Below are positions 9,285 to 18,681 of a stretch of DNA of 27,084 nt, piece after piece. Under the pieces are notes generated by a model, which was not told where the DNA came from, ran no database searches, and saw nothing but the letters and a program-made list of their open reading frames with translations. A program made the translations under genes and the position numbers. The first letter of the stretch is position 1. The number at the start of each line of letters is the position of its first letter. This DNA comes from Candidatus Poribacteria bacterium (GTDB lineage: Bacteria > Poribacteria > WGA-4E > UBA9662): contig JAYZAL010000080.1 in assembly GCA_036339735.1 (NCBI GenBank), positions 1-27,084 on the forward strand. Direction: 5' to 3'.

Positions 9285-10688
9285 TTATAGATGAGTCGTA
9301 TGTCCAGAAAAAAGTTCCGCTGTCTCCATAATTGTTTCAGACAATGTCGGGTGCGGGTGAATCGTCAGCTGCAAATCTTCCGCCACGCAACCCATTTCTA
9401 CAGCTAAAACACCTTCAGCAATTAGCTCACCAGCACCGGTACCAACGATTCCCATACCTAGAACAATTTTAGTTTCAGGATCAATAATTAATTTGGTTAG
9501 TCCTTCATTATCACCAAGAGTTGTTGCTCGTCCTGATGCAATCCAAGGGAAACTACAAACCTCAATGGCTTGTTTTTTAATCTGGGCTTGTGTTTCTGTA
9601 AGACCACACCAAGCAACTTCTGGGTCAGTAAAGACAACCGCGGGTACGGCTAACGGGTTATAAGTTCGATTGCTGCCTAGTATGACATCAATCACAACTT
9701 TTCCCTGCGTAGTTGCCACGTGGGCGAGACCGAATTTTTGCTGGTTACCATCAGCGACGACATCGCCAATAGCAAAAACATAGGGATCGGTTGTCATACA
9801 ATGCTCGTTGGTTTGGATAAATTTTTGATCTGTTAGTGAAACCTTAGTATTTTCCAAATTTAGATTTTGGCTGTTTGGTTTACGCCCGACAGCCACGAGT
9901 ATTTTGTCAAAGCTCGATTCAAAACTTTGCCCCGAACTGGGGCTGATTTTGGCTAGTACATGATCTGAGTGAACTGTCAAATCCGTCGTTGTATTAGTCC
10001 AAATATCTTGAAAATTTGACCGAAGTCTTTTTTCCAGAACTTGGACTAAATCTTTGTCAACAGTACCTCCACCTAATACACTGTCGGCCATATCAACAAT
10101 CCAAACCTTTGATCCTAATGCCGAATACACAGTACCAAGCTCTAACCCAATATAGCCACCACCTACAACTAACAAAGTTTTAGGTATTGTTTCTAAAGAT
10201 AATCCTGTTGTTGAACTCATGATTAGCTCACTGACTGGAAAAGGATCCATATTAGGTTGAGAACCAGTGGCAATGACGATGTAATCAAAAGTTAGAGTTT
10301 CGCTTTCACCAGCCTGACTTTGAACCTCAATTTTCTGTGAATCGACAAACCTAGCATAGCCTTGCACTAGCTTAATCTTTCTTTTTCGAGCTAAAGCAAT
10401 TAAGCCTCCAGACATTTGTCTGACAACTCGATCTCGCCAAAGATGAATCTTTTCTAGATTAATCTTTGGTTGGTTAAATTCTATACCCCATTCTGTTGCT
10501 TTCTTAGACTCACTAATTACCTTAGCTAAATGAAGCAATGCCTTAGAAGGAATACATCCACGATTCAAACAAACGCCACCCAGATTACTATCTGCGTCAA
10601 TTAAAGTGACATCTAATCCTTTATCAGCTGCGTAGAAAGCTGCAGAATATCCACCTGGACCAGCTCCAATAATCCCAATTTTTTTCAT
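9285..10688 (-). CDS. lpdA: Dihydrolipoamide dehydrogenase (E3)
   Basis: GAGPGGY, GGVCLNRGCIPSKAL redox disulfide, GGGYIGLE and HPHPTLSE motifs. Confidence 0.97.
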   Translation of the reverse strand: MKKIGIIGAGPGGYSAAFYAADKGLDVTLIDADSNLGGVCLNRGCIPSKALLHLAKVISESKKATEWGIEFNQPKINLEKIHLWRDRVVRQMSGGLIALARKRKIKLVQGYARFVDSQKIEVQSQAGESETLTFDYIVIATGSQPNMDPFPVSELIMSSTTGLSLETIPKTLLVVGGGYIGLELGTVYSALGSKVWIVDMADSVLGGGTVDKDLVQVLEKRLRSNFQDIWTNTTTDLTVHSDHVLAKISPSSGQSFESSFDKILVAVGRKPNSQNLNLENTKVSLTDQKFIQTNEHCMTTDPYVFAIGDVVADGNQQKFGLAHVATTQGKVVIDVILGSNRTYNPLAVPAVVFTDPEVAWCGLTETQAQIKKQAIEVCSFPWIASGRATTLGDNEGLTKLIIDPETKIVLGMGIVGTGAGELIAEGVLAVEMGCVAEDLQLTIHPHPTLSETIMETAELFSGHTTHL

Positions 10689-10693
10689 TTTAA

Positions 10694-11926
10694 CTATCCT
10701 TCTAACAAAATTAGGAACGGATCAGCAATAGTTCTGACTAACCAAGAAAGGAACCGAGCAGCATCAGCTCCATCAATTGCCCGATGATCATATGATAATG
10801 CAAGTGGCATCATTTCCACTGGCTCAAAACTTTCTTCGTCCGGAGACCAAATTGGCTCAATTTGACTACGAGAGAGTCCCAAAATCGCCACTTCAGGTAA
10901 CTTAACTATCGGGGTGAAATTAGTCCCTCCAATACCACCTAGATTGCTAATAGTGAAAGTTCCACCCTGCATGTCTTCAAGAGTCAATTGGCCATCTCTT
11001 GCTTTAACCGAGATTTCACCTAATTCCTCGGAAATTTGCAGTAAGTTCTTGTCTTGAGCCCCTTTGATTACTGGAACTAATAATCCTTGTTCTGTATCTA
11101 CAGCAATACCGATGTTGATATCTTTATGGTAGATGATCTCTTTGTTATCCAAATCAAGGCTAGAATTAAATTGTGGAAATTTCTGCAACGCAACCGCTGA
11201 GATTTTTATCATCAATGCGGTTACTGTCAATTTACCTTTTGGTATAGTTGAGCCATATTTTTGACGAATGGCTTTCAATTGTGTCATATTGGCCTTGTCA
11301 AAATTTGTTACATGTGGAACTTGACTCCAAGATTGGCTCATACTTTTAGCAATTGCTAATCGGATACCACTCATTTTTTGTCGGTTAGAGCCAGAAGTAT
11401 GCGTGCTTGGATCAGACTGCTGAACCACTTCTAAGTTAGAATTAGCAACAAGACTATCCACATCCTGCTTGGTAATACGGCCATTTTGACCTGTCCCCTC
11501 AATCATTGACAGCTTGAGACCATGTTCTCTCGCCAGCCGCCTGACCGACGGGGCTGCAGGGATAATCAGTTCGGTTTCAACATCTTGGTTTGGGAAAGTT
11601 TTACTCGAAGAGGAAGTAACCTGTTCTGTTTTACCCTCTTCATTCGGTGTTTTTTGGTCAACTGCAGAGGCGTTTAGTTCAGCCGAGTCATCAACTTCAA
11701 CCATCATAATAGCTGAACCAGTCTCAATTTCATCATCCTCCTGAACAAAGATTTCTTTCACAACACCAGTGATTTCTGAAGGGATCTCGATAGTAGCTTT
11801 GCTAATTTCTACTTCGATTAAACTATCTTCTACTTCAATTCGGTCACCGACATCGACTAGAATACCAACGACCAAACCCGAAGTATCATTTTCACCTAAT
11901 TCAGGTAATTTAATTTCGTAACTCAT
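10694..11926 (-). CDS. aceF: Dihydrolipoamide acetyltransferase (E2), single lipoyl domain
   Basis: N-terminal lipoyl domain, E3-binding domain (PAAPSVRRLAREHG..GTGQNGRIT), catalytic GGTFTISNLG and SYDHRAIDGA; clustered with aceE and lpdA. Confidence 0.93.
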   Translation of the reverse strand: MSYEIKLPELGENDTSGLVVGILVDVGDRIEVEDSLIEVEISKATIEIPSEITGVVKEIFVQEDDEIETGSAIMMVEVDDSAELNASAVDQKTPNEEGKTEQVTSSSSKTFPNQDVETELIIPAAPSVRRLAREHGLKLSMIEGTGQNGRITKQDVDSLVANSNLEVVQQSDPSTHTSGSNRQKMSGIRLAIAKSMSQSWSQVPHVTNFDKANMTQLKAIRQKYGSTIPKGKLTVTALMIKISAVALQKFPQFNSSLDLDNKEIIYHKDINIGIAVDTEQGLLVPVIKGAQDKNLLQISEELGEISVKARDGQLTLEDMQGGTFTISNLGGIGGTNFTPIVKLPEVAILGLSRSQIEPIWSPDEESFEPVEMMPLALSYDHRAIDGADAARFLSWLVRTIADPFLILLEG

Positions 11927-12056
11927 ACATAAATATCTCTTAAGTGGTTAATCTCTCAATATTGTCAGAATAGTGCTTTCTATCATGCAAATGTCAAATA
12001 AAAATTACATTTTAGCCACTTTTAAGTTTCAATCCTTTTTTTAATCATAACAACCA

Positions 12057-12275
12057 CTATTTTACCAGCAACTCCAAGGTCAAATCATCATGGATCTTGA
12101 CAGTTACAGCTATCGGTTTTGGCCCATTTCTCAGTGGTAAAATTAACTTTAGTGCTTGAGAAATAGCTTCAGCGTTTTTATTGCCTTCGAAAGTTACATC
12201 AACAACGGCTACATTTCGGCAAACTTGGTGGTCAGTAGGAGCTACCAAATATCTCTCTGTTTGAGTTGTACTCAT
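12057..12275 (-). CDS. Small hypothetical protein, last gene of the haem cluster
   Basis: 72 aa, ATG 6 bp after the hmuU stop, co-oriented. Confidence 0.65.
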   Translation of the reverse strand: MSTTQTERYLVAPTDHQVCRNVAVVDVTFEGNKNAEAISQALKLILPLRNGPKPIAVTVKIHDDLTLELLVK

Positions 12276-12281
12276 TTTTAA

Positions 12282-13280
12282 TTAAATATACAAAATATCC
12301 CGTTTATGCTGAATCAGTAGCCAAAGAAAGAACGGTCCACCTAAGGCACCAGTGATAATTCCAATGGGTAATTCCATAGGCGAGACAGCCGTTCGCGCTA
12401 ACGTATCAGCAAAAACCAACAGGATGGCCCCAGCTAACGCCGAAGAGGGCAAAACGAATCGGTGGTCTGGGCCGCCAACTAAACGCAGGAGATGAGGTAC
12501 CACTAGCCCGACAAAACCAATACCACCAGCGGCTGAAACCGCAGCACCAACCGAGAGTGCCGCACCGAAAACCGCTCGACGTTTGAGTCGATTAACAGAA
12601 ATACCAAGATGAAAAGCTTCTGATTCACCGAGAGTCATGGCATTTAATGATTGGGATAAAGGTAATAAACACAGCAAACCTAATAGCGATAATGGCAAAC
12701 TTACCAAAATCAATTGCCATGTTGCACCACCAAAACTCCCCAGCAGCCAGAAGGTTAAACTTCTCAACTGTTCTTCGTCAGCAATAAAGGTCATTAATCC
12801 AATTCCAGCGCCAGCAATGCTATTAAAAGCAATACCCGACAGTAATAATGTAATAGTCAAAACTCTACCAGCAGTACGAGCAATTTGATAAACCAAAACG
12901 GTGACCAGTATTCCACCAGTAAACGCCGCAATAGGTAATCCCCAAATACTAAATATCCCTGAACCGATTAAAACGATCCAAAGAGCTGCCCCCAAACTAG
13001 CACCAGCTGTGACTCCTACCAAACCAGGGTCAGCTAAGGGATTGCGAAAGATCCCCTGTAAAGTTGCACCAGAAATAGCTAATAATGATCCGACGATAGC
13101 CGATAAAATGACTCGAGGGAAGCGAACAAAAATTAAAACTTCATACCCATCCCCTTTTGACCATACGATTTGAGGTATTTTCCACCAATGGATTTTATAC
13201 GCCCCGCTGGCAGCCCCAAGACATAACACTAGCGGCAACATTAGGAGCAGCAAAATTTTCACTCTATTAGCAGACAACAT
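12282..13280 (-). CDS. hmuU: Haem ABC transporter permease (FecCD family)
   Basis: RFPRV, QGIFRNPLADPGLVG, LGESEAFHLG, IGFVGLVVPH and ELPIG..GGPFF motifs; abuts hmuT. Confidence 0.9.
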   Translation of the reverse strand: MLSANRVKILLLLMLPLVLCLGAASGAYKIHWWKIPQIVWSKGDGYEVLIFVRFPRVILSAIVGSLLAISGATLQGIFRNPLADPGLVGVTAGASLGAALWIVLIGSGIFSIWGLPIAAFTGGILVTVLVYQIARTAGRVLTITLLLSGIAFNSIAGAGIGLMTFIADEEQLRSLTFWLLGSFGGATWQLILVSLPLSLLGLLCLLPLSQSLNAMTLGESEAFHLGISVNRLKRRAVFGAALSVGAAVSAAGGIGFVGLVVPHLLRLVGGPDHRFVLPSSALAGAILLVFADTLARTAVSPMELPIGIITGALGGPFFLWLLIQHKRDILYI

Positions 13281-14240
13281 TTATTCTTCAGCGATCTTGG
13301 GACTTTTCTCAATGTATTTGACAGCAGTCACACCGTCTTTTTCATAAATAGCCTCAAACATAGCTAAAGCTGCTTGTCCACAACGAGTACCAAAACCAGA
13401 AAGGTAAAGCCCATCGATAGTGATAATGCGTCGGTGTTTGCCCGCCGGTGTGTGCGCTAAACCGGGCAATTTCAGTAATCCATCAACACCTCCAATAGAT
13501 TTCAACCCACTCTCAAAAAGTACGAGGACATCAGGTTGAGCTACGATAACAGCTTCAGCTGTCATTGGTTGACTCTTTTCAATCTTACCAGATGCATTGA
13601 TTGCTCCCACCAATTCCAACATAGCACCGGGACCCGTTTTTCGGCCTAAGACCATGGCCGTTTGTGGGCCACGCAAATACAGGAACAGGACCTTCTTCTT
13701 CTGATCTTCTCTGAGATTCGTCAGTTTTTTTTCTAAGGCAGACAGATCTGACTCTAGTAATTGCAGTAGGCGTAAGGCTTGTTTGTCTTCTTTGACGGCA
13801 TATCCAATTGTCTTGATCCGTGATTTAGCTTGATTAAAAGTACGAGGTTCTTTCAACAGTAAAGTAGCTACTCCTGCTGACCGTAACTGGTCAATTACTT
13901 GAGGTGGCTTTGCATCTTCTCTCCCAATAACCAAATCCGGCTTCAGGGCCAGAATACCTTCTGCGTTGAGACGATACTGGTAACCAACATTAGCGAGTTG
14001 TTTAACTTGTGGTGGATAAGTAGAGGATAAATCACAGCCAACAACCCGGTCTCCAACACCTAAAGCAAATAATATTTCGGTGTTACTTCCATTTAAGGCT
14101 ACGATTCGATTAGATGAGCTAATGCTTATCAGCTTATCGTCAGCATCAGTGACCTGAATACCCTGAGTCCAGCTCGAAAGGCCTAAAAGAAAAAAGCACG
14201 AAAAGGTTACCAACCTGATTATGATCGAGTAATTCAACAC
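13281..14240 (-). CDS. hmuT: Haem ABC transporter periplasmic binding protein
   Basis: Signal peptide, TEILFALG, VGYQYRLNAEGIL (Tyr-ligand region of HmuT/PhuT) and TPAGK..GFGTR. AGGAG RBS precedes the GTG start. Confidence 0.88.
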   Translation of the reverse strand: MLNYSIIIRLVTFSCFFLLGLSSWTQGIQVTDADDKLISISSSNRIVALNGSNTEILFALGVGDRVVGCDLSSTYPPQVKQLANVGYQYRLNAEGILALKPDLVIGREDAKPPQVIDQLRSAGVATLLLKEPRTFNQAKSRIKTIGYAVKEDKQALRLLQLLESDLSALEKKLTNLREDQKKKVLFLYLRGPQTAMVLGRKTGPGAMLELVGAINASGKIEKSQPMTAEAVIVAQPDVLVLFESGLKSIGGVDGLLKLPGLAHTPAGKHRRIITIDGLYLSGFGTRCGQAALAMFEAIYEKDGVTAVKYIEKSPKIAEE

Positions 14241-14266
14241 TGATATTTCTCCTATTTCAAAATTAT

Positions 14267-14950
14267 TTATCGGAAATTTCGACTACCATCACCTTGAAAT
14301 ACGAACTTAAAAGTTACAAAAGCAGGATCTTTCTTGGCTTTATTATCTTTGTAATAACCGAGAAATTGAACTTTAGCAAAAGAACCCGTAGCAGTTTTAA
14401 ATACAAAAACTCTATCCTCAATCGGCAGAACCCAGTGTGTAGGAACACCTGTGTAGACGTACCAACCTTTCTTACTCTGCGGTACTATAGCTAGCGTATC
14501 AGCGGTATCCTTTTCATATCCATCAGCTAAAGCTTCTGCAACCGAATCAAATGTTGTTTCAGTCAACATTACGACTTCACCATTACCTGGCCCACTAACA
14601 CCGCCATTGATTTTCACTTTAGTTCTTTGAAAGGCCAAATCCCAATCTTTTGACACATCTGCGTTTGGTATCTCAACAACCTGCCCTTGTTCGAAAGAAA
14701 AATAGGTCCAATTCTCCTGGTTAGTAGCATCGATCGTAATTGTAGATGATGACAATTTCTCTGTTGATGTTTCTGTTTCCGAACCAGCCGCAACAATTGG
14801 TTGATCTGTTTCTTTCAGTAAGCTTTCCTGACTGTCGGACTCTTCTGAAATTTCAGTTCCACACGAAATCAGACCAATCATGACTAAAGCCGTTAGACCT
14901 ATACTTATGTGCCTAATTACCAATGAAAGCAAATTTTTTCTGTTCACCAT
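14267..14950 (-). CDS. HmuY-family haem-binding lipoprotein
   Basis: Lipobox LISC and an acidic/Ser linker, then IDAT..WTYFSF, WDLAFQR, INGGVSGPG, GWYVY..TH, VFVFKTA..AKVQFLGYY. Confidence 0.85.
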   Translation of the reverse strand: MVNRKNLLSLVIRHISIGLTALVMIGLISCGTEISEESDSQESLLKETDQPIVAAGSETETSTEKLSSSTITIDATNQENWTYFSFEQGQVVEIPNADVSKDWDLAFQRTKVKINGGVSGPGNGEVVMLTETTFDSVAEALADGYEKDTADTLAIVPQSKKGWYVYTGVPTHWVLPIEDRVFVFKTATGSFAKVQFLGYYKDNKAKKDPAFVTFKFVFQGDGSRNFR

Positions 14951-14991
14951 GAGATAATCCAAGTCCTAATTTTTCATCATAAAAAACAAAA

Positions 14992-15216
14992 TTAAACAGA
15001 AAGTCCTGGGGTCAGCTCTAAAGTTTTTTGAGTTTTCTCCTCCATCTTATTCCACTCACTTAGGGCTTGAGACATGGTTTCTGCAAAACCTACGAAATCG
15101 TTTTTCGACATAGCAATATTGAGATCTCGATATTGAATATGAATATGTCCATGACTACATAAATAAACACTTTCTGATGAACCAACAGCCAGTTTGTCAG
15201 TAACTCTGTGTGCCAT
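14992..15216 (-). CDS. Small hypothetical protein with a CxHGHxH motif
   Basis: 74 aa, GGGAG RBS, co-oriented between the two HmuY genes. Confidence 0.75.
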   Translation of the reverse strand: MAHRVTDKLAVGSSESVYLCSHGHIHIQYRDLNIAMSKNDFVGFAETMSQALSEWNKMEEKTQKTLELTPGLSV

Positions 15217-15247
15217 AAAATTTAACTCCCCGTCAAAAAATAATATT

Positions 15248-15280
15248 TTTATCAGGTATCGATAAATGACACCTGATAAA
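15248..15280 (-). terminator. Stem-loop 3' of the first HmuY gene (attenuating or mRNA-stabilising)
   Basis: On the minus strand TTTATCAGGTGTC pairs with GATACCTGATAAA with one G-U; the U-tract is weak. Confidence 0.55.
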
Positions 15281-15302
15281 GGATAAAATTATAAATCTTG
15301 CT

Positions 15303-15920
15303 TTAGCGATGTGTTTTTAAAAGAGCCCAAGTTGTAGCCAGTTTGTCTTTGAAGTCGACGGCGGTCTTTTTAGCTTGTACAAAACTTCGACTTCCATCAT
15401 CTTGATAAGCGTAAGAGATAGTTATATGTCCCGATACCTTCTCTTTGTAATAATCAACGAAGAACATCTTCGCATAATGACCTTTGGCTGTCTGAAGAAT
15501 AAAAACTTTGTCTCTAATAAGAATCTGATGAGTTGGTGGCCCCGTATAGTTGTACCAACCATCTCCCCTGGCCAGAGTAGCAATTTTTTCGGTGTCAGAC
15601 ACATATCCATCAGCTGGAGCCTCAGTAATTTCTGAAAACTTAGCCTTTTCTAGGATGAGAGCTCCACCTTTCCCATTTCCACTACTACCACCATTAACAA
15701 TAGCTTCAGTTCGCTTGAGTCCTAAATCCCAATCCAGAGATATATTTTGATCTTCGACACTCACTGCCTTACCAGTGTCAAAGCTAAAGAAGGCAAAAGC
15801 CTCCCTATTTGTGGCATCAATAGTAACAGTAGCTTCTTTCACTTCGGCCAGTGTTGAAGGGACCACTAGTATAATTGCCATTAAAAGAAAAAAGGCAAGG
15901 GTACGTAAAGACATTTTCAT
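15303..15920 (-). CDS. HmuY-family haem-binding protein with an SPI-type signal peptide and C-terminal KLATTW tag
   Basis: Signal peptide ending TLA-E with no Cys; IDAT, FFSF, WDLG, NGGSSG, GWYNY..TH and AKMFFVDYY motifs; tail AVDFKDKLATTWALLKTHR; AGGAAGG RBS. Confidence 0.85.
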   Translation of the reverse strand: MKMSLRTLAFFLLMAIILVVPSTLAEVKEATVTIDATNREAFAFFSFDTGKAVSVEDQNISLDWDLGLKRTEAIVNGGSSGNGKGGALILEKAKFSEITEAPADGYVSDTEKIATLARGDGWYNYTGPPTHQILIRDKVFILQTAKGHYAKMFFVDYYKEKVSGHITISYAYQDDGSRSFVQAKKTAVDFKDKLATTWALLKTHR

Positions 15921-16058
15921 AATTAACCTTCCTAAAGATTTAAAATAATTATTAATTCTTTTGCTTTATTAACCAACGTGGGTGAAAAGATTTATGACAT
16001 TATCCGAAAATTTTTGAATGTTATAGACTTAAATAAAGCCTTTCGATAAATAGAAAAC

Positions 16059-17987
16059 TTAACGAATCAGGGATAAACCCAAATAAAACGCTCGACCAGT
16101 AAAGGTATAAAATTGTGGAAGTGTAAAATTGAACAGATTATCAATACCACTATTTATTTGCCAAGACTGGCCGACTTTTTTTCGACTCCGTAATTGCCAA
16201 ATCCAATAACCTGGAGCATATTCTTCTTCCTCTAGCGTATAATCCCCGTCATCGTATAACCCCCACCGATTGGCATGTCTTGCTTGTAAGTCAACCTCCA
16301 TTTGTAGAGGTCTGAACTGATATCCAATTTGCAAACGAACGTTATGCTGAGATCTGCCGAGTAAATCCAACCCTGTCTCTTTATTTTTTGCTCTCAGGAA
16401 AGCGTGTCCGAATTGAAAATTTAACCATTCGAAAACTCGGATGGAAAAGCTTGTATCAATACCAGTAGTGAAAGCTGAGGCTATATTTTTGTACTGATAT
16501 TGGCTACCACCAGCTGCTGATTTACCAATTACTTCAGCTTCAATCAAATTAGTTAGGTCGTTTCGATAAACTTGAGATTGGAACCTGTATATATTTTTGG
16601 ATTCTCGCCAGGTCATATTCAAATTCCAACTATTAGAATATTCAGGGTCTAAGTTTGGGTTGCCCAGTACTTGGTAACCAGCAGTAGGATTAGTGAAATC
16701 TAGATACAGATTCTGAAAATTAGGAGCTCGAAACCCCTGTCCCCAAGAAGCCCTAACTTGTAAACTAGGACCCAGATTCCATAATGTGCTCAGCTTTGGT
16801 GTAAAATGTTGGCCAAATTCAGAGTGATAATCCAATCGTACACCGAATAAAATGGTCGTTTTTGGCAAAACTTGCCACTGAAATTGGGAGAAACCAGAAC
16901 TATTATGAATTGTCTTTTTATTTCCCTGAATTCTTTGCGAAGTTAGTTTTTCAATACCACTCTCAAATCCAAAAATTAATTGGTGCTGGGGCGAAAAATC
17001 AGTCTCAAACAAAAATTCACCCTTAGTCAAGTTTTGAACAGTCGTGTTTGTTGCCCTAAGTATATTTTCTGGTTGATAGATGGTTCGCGATATATCTTGA
17101 TATTTGGTGTGGTAGAATTTAGAAATCAGTCTAGATGTTGGTCGAAAATAATAGGAGTGCGACATACGAAGGCCATAGTTATCTAGTTCGCCAGTTCTCT
17201 TGTACCAGTTATTACTATCAGCATTACTAAGTCCATTTTGCTGCTGTTTAAGATACTCGCCCGATAAGGACAAATCTGTTTTTTCATTCAAACGGTAACC
17301 GAATTGACTGGAGAAGTTTAAGTTTCGGTAACCATCGATTGTAGTTGATTTGTCTTCAGGATTGAGGTCAAACGGTTTTGCTTGGTTGTGATCGATAGAA
17401 ACAGATCCGTTTAGTAATTCTTTTTGGAATTGAAAACTACCCCGATTGTTCATAACGTTGTTAGGGCGAATGTTATTTTTTAATCGAAATTGAAGCGGGG
17501 TGTTTTTGGATCGGGTAATAACATTGATAACACCACCCATAGCTTGGCTACCAAATAAAGCTGAAGCCGCACCTTTGACAACTTCGACACGCTGAATATT
17601 TTCTACGCCAATTCTGGCTAAGTCGAGTTTGCCTGCAATTCGACCAATCTGAGGTTGTCCATCGGTTAAAACGAGCACATATTCTGAGTCAAGACCTTGC
17701 ATCTGAACACCATCTCCATGTCCATCTCTCCTAACAACTAACCCAGCGTAGTTCTCGAGGACTTGTCCCAGATTCTCGGCCCCTAAATTCTCAATTTCGT
17801 CCTTGGTAATCACTTGCACCAATGTTGCTGAGTTCTGCAATGTCTGCTCAGTTTTACTACCGGTGACAATGGTTTCCTCTAGCTGAATAATATCGTGTTT
17901 CTGGTTTACCGAAGAAGTCACAGGCAAGACCCAAAAATTGGTTGTAGTGACTAGACTAAATGAGCAAATAATTAACCAACTTCTCAT
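16059..17987 (-). CDS. TonB-dependent receptor, probably for haem (HmuR-like)
   Basis: TonB box ETIVTG, plug IQRVEVVKGAASALFGSQAMGGVINVIT, and GFRAP and GNPNL loops. Start ATG 17987 follows GGGAG. Confidence 0.9.
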   Translation of the reverse strand: MRSWLIICSFSLVTTTNFWVLPVTSSVNQKHDIIQLEETIVTGSKTEQTLQNSATLVQVITKDEIENLGAENLGQVLENYAGLVVRRDGHGDGVQMQGLDSEYVLVLTDGQPQIGRIAGKLDLARIGVENIQRVEVVKGAASALFGSQAMGGVINVITRSKNTPLQFRLKNNIRPNNVMNNRGSFQFQKELLNGSVSIDHNQAKPFDLNPEDKSTTIDGYRNLNFSSQFGYRLNEKTDLSLSGEYLKQQQNGLSNADSNNWYKRTGELDNYGLRMSHSYYFRPTSRLISKFYHTKYQDISRTIYQPENILRATNTTVQNLTKGEFLFETDFSPQHQLIFGFESGIEKLTSQRIQGNKKTIHNSSGFSQFQWQVLPKTTILFGVRLDYHSEFGQHFTPKLSTLWNLGPSLQVRASWGQGFRAPNFQNLYLDFTNPTAGYQVLGNPNLDPEYSNSWNLNMTWRESKNIYRFQSQVYRNDLTNLIEAEVIGKSAAGGSQYQYKNIASAFTTGIDTSFSIRVFEWLNFQFGHAFLRAKNKETGLDLLGRSQHNVRLQIGYQFRPLQMEVDLQARHANRWGLYDDGDYTLEEEEYAPGYWIWQLRSRKKVGQSWQINSGIDNLFNFTLPQFYTFTGRAFYLGLSLIR

Positions 17988-18147
17988 AGTACTCCCACTT
18001 AAGTCGATATATTTAGCGAAAAACAAAAATACATTTTTCCCATACCGAAAAAAGCTCATTTTGATTATCTAATGAATTAAGTTATAGGTTGATAGAGCTC
18101 AATCTGACTGTTTTGAGATAACCTTTCGTTTTCATTCTGTTAATGTA

Positions 18148-18504
18148 CTAATGCATTTTGAAAGGGCCTTTCGAGATTTCTTCCTTTAGATTGGGTCGGG
18201 AAGAGTCTAAAAAGACTTCGTGTAATTCCAATTGATTTTTTTGGCTAAAAGCTTCTGATGGCAAGCTACCAGATTGAGAGTGGCCTTTTATGAATTCGTC
18301 AGACTTGATCCAATTTGTAAAATTGTCTCTAGATTCCCATAGTGTCAAGACAACGTAAGGGTCTCCTTCATTTACTGGTCGTAAAACCTGATTACTAATA
18401 AAGCCAGGCATTCCATCTACTAGTTTGGCCCTGCTACGGAACCTTTCTTCAAATTCAGCCGAATATTCGGGTGTAACATAAACACGATTGGCAACGGTAA
18501 TCAT
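18148..18504 (-). CDS. IsdG/HmoB-type haem-degrading monooxygenase (ABM family)
   Basis: N-terminal Asn (VANRV), FEERF..R, MPGF and YVVLTLWES..FTNW..S..F..GH, giving the Asn/Trp/His triad; AGGAG RBS. Confidence 0.85.
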   Translation of the reverse strand: MITVANRVYVTPEYSAEFEERFRSRAKLVDGMPGFISNQVLRPVNEGDPYVVLTLWESRDNFTNWIKSDEFIKGHSQSGSLPSEAFSQKNQLELHEVFLDSSRPNLKEEISKGPFKMH

Positions 18505-18681
18505 GATTCATTCTCCTAGTTTCATCTCACTCTGTGAATTCAGTTGGTCAAAATACCTCTAACCAACTTCTGTCTTATCCTCGTAATCGAAAAGTATCCC
18601 GTAAGCATATAAGCCGTTTAGTAAAAATAGATAACGATGATGGCCGTTCCCAGAACTTTCAACATCTTTTTATAAAAAGAC

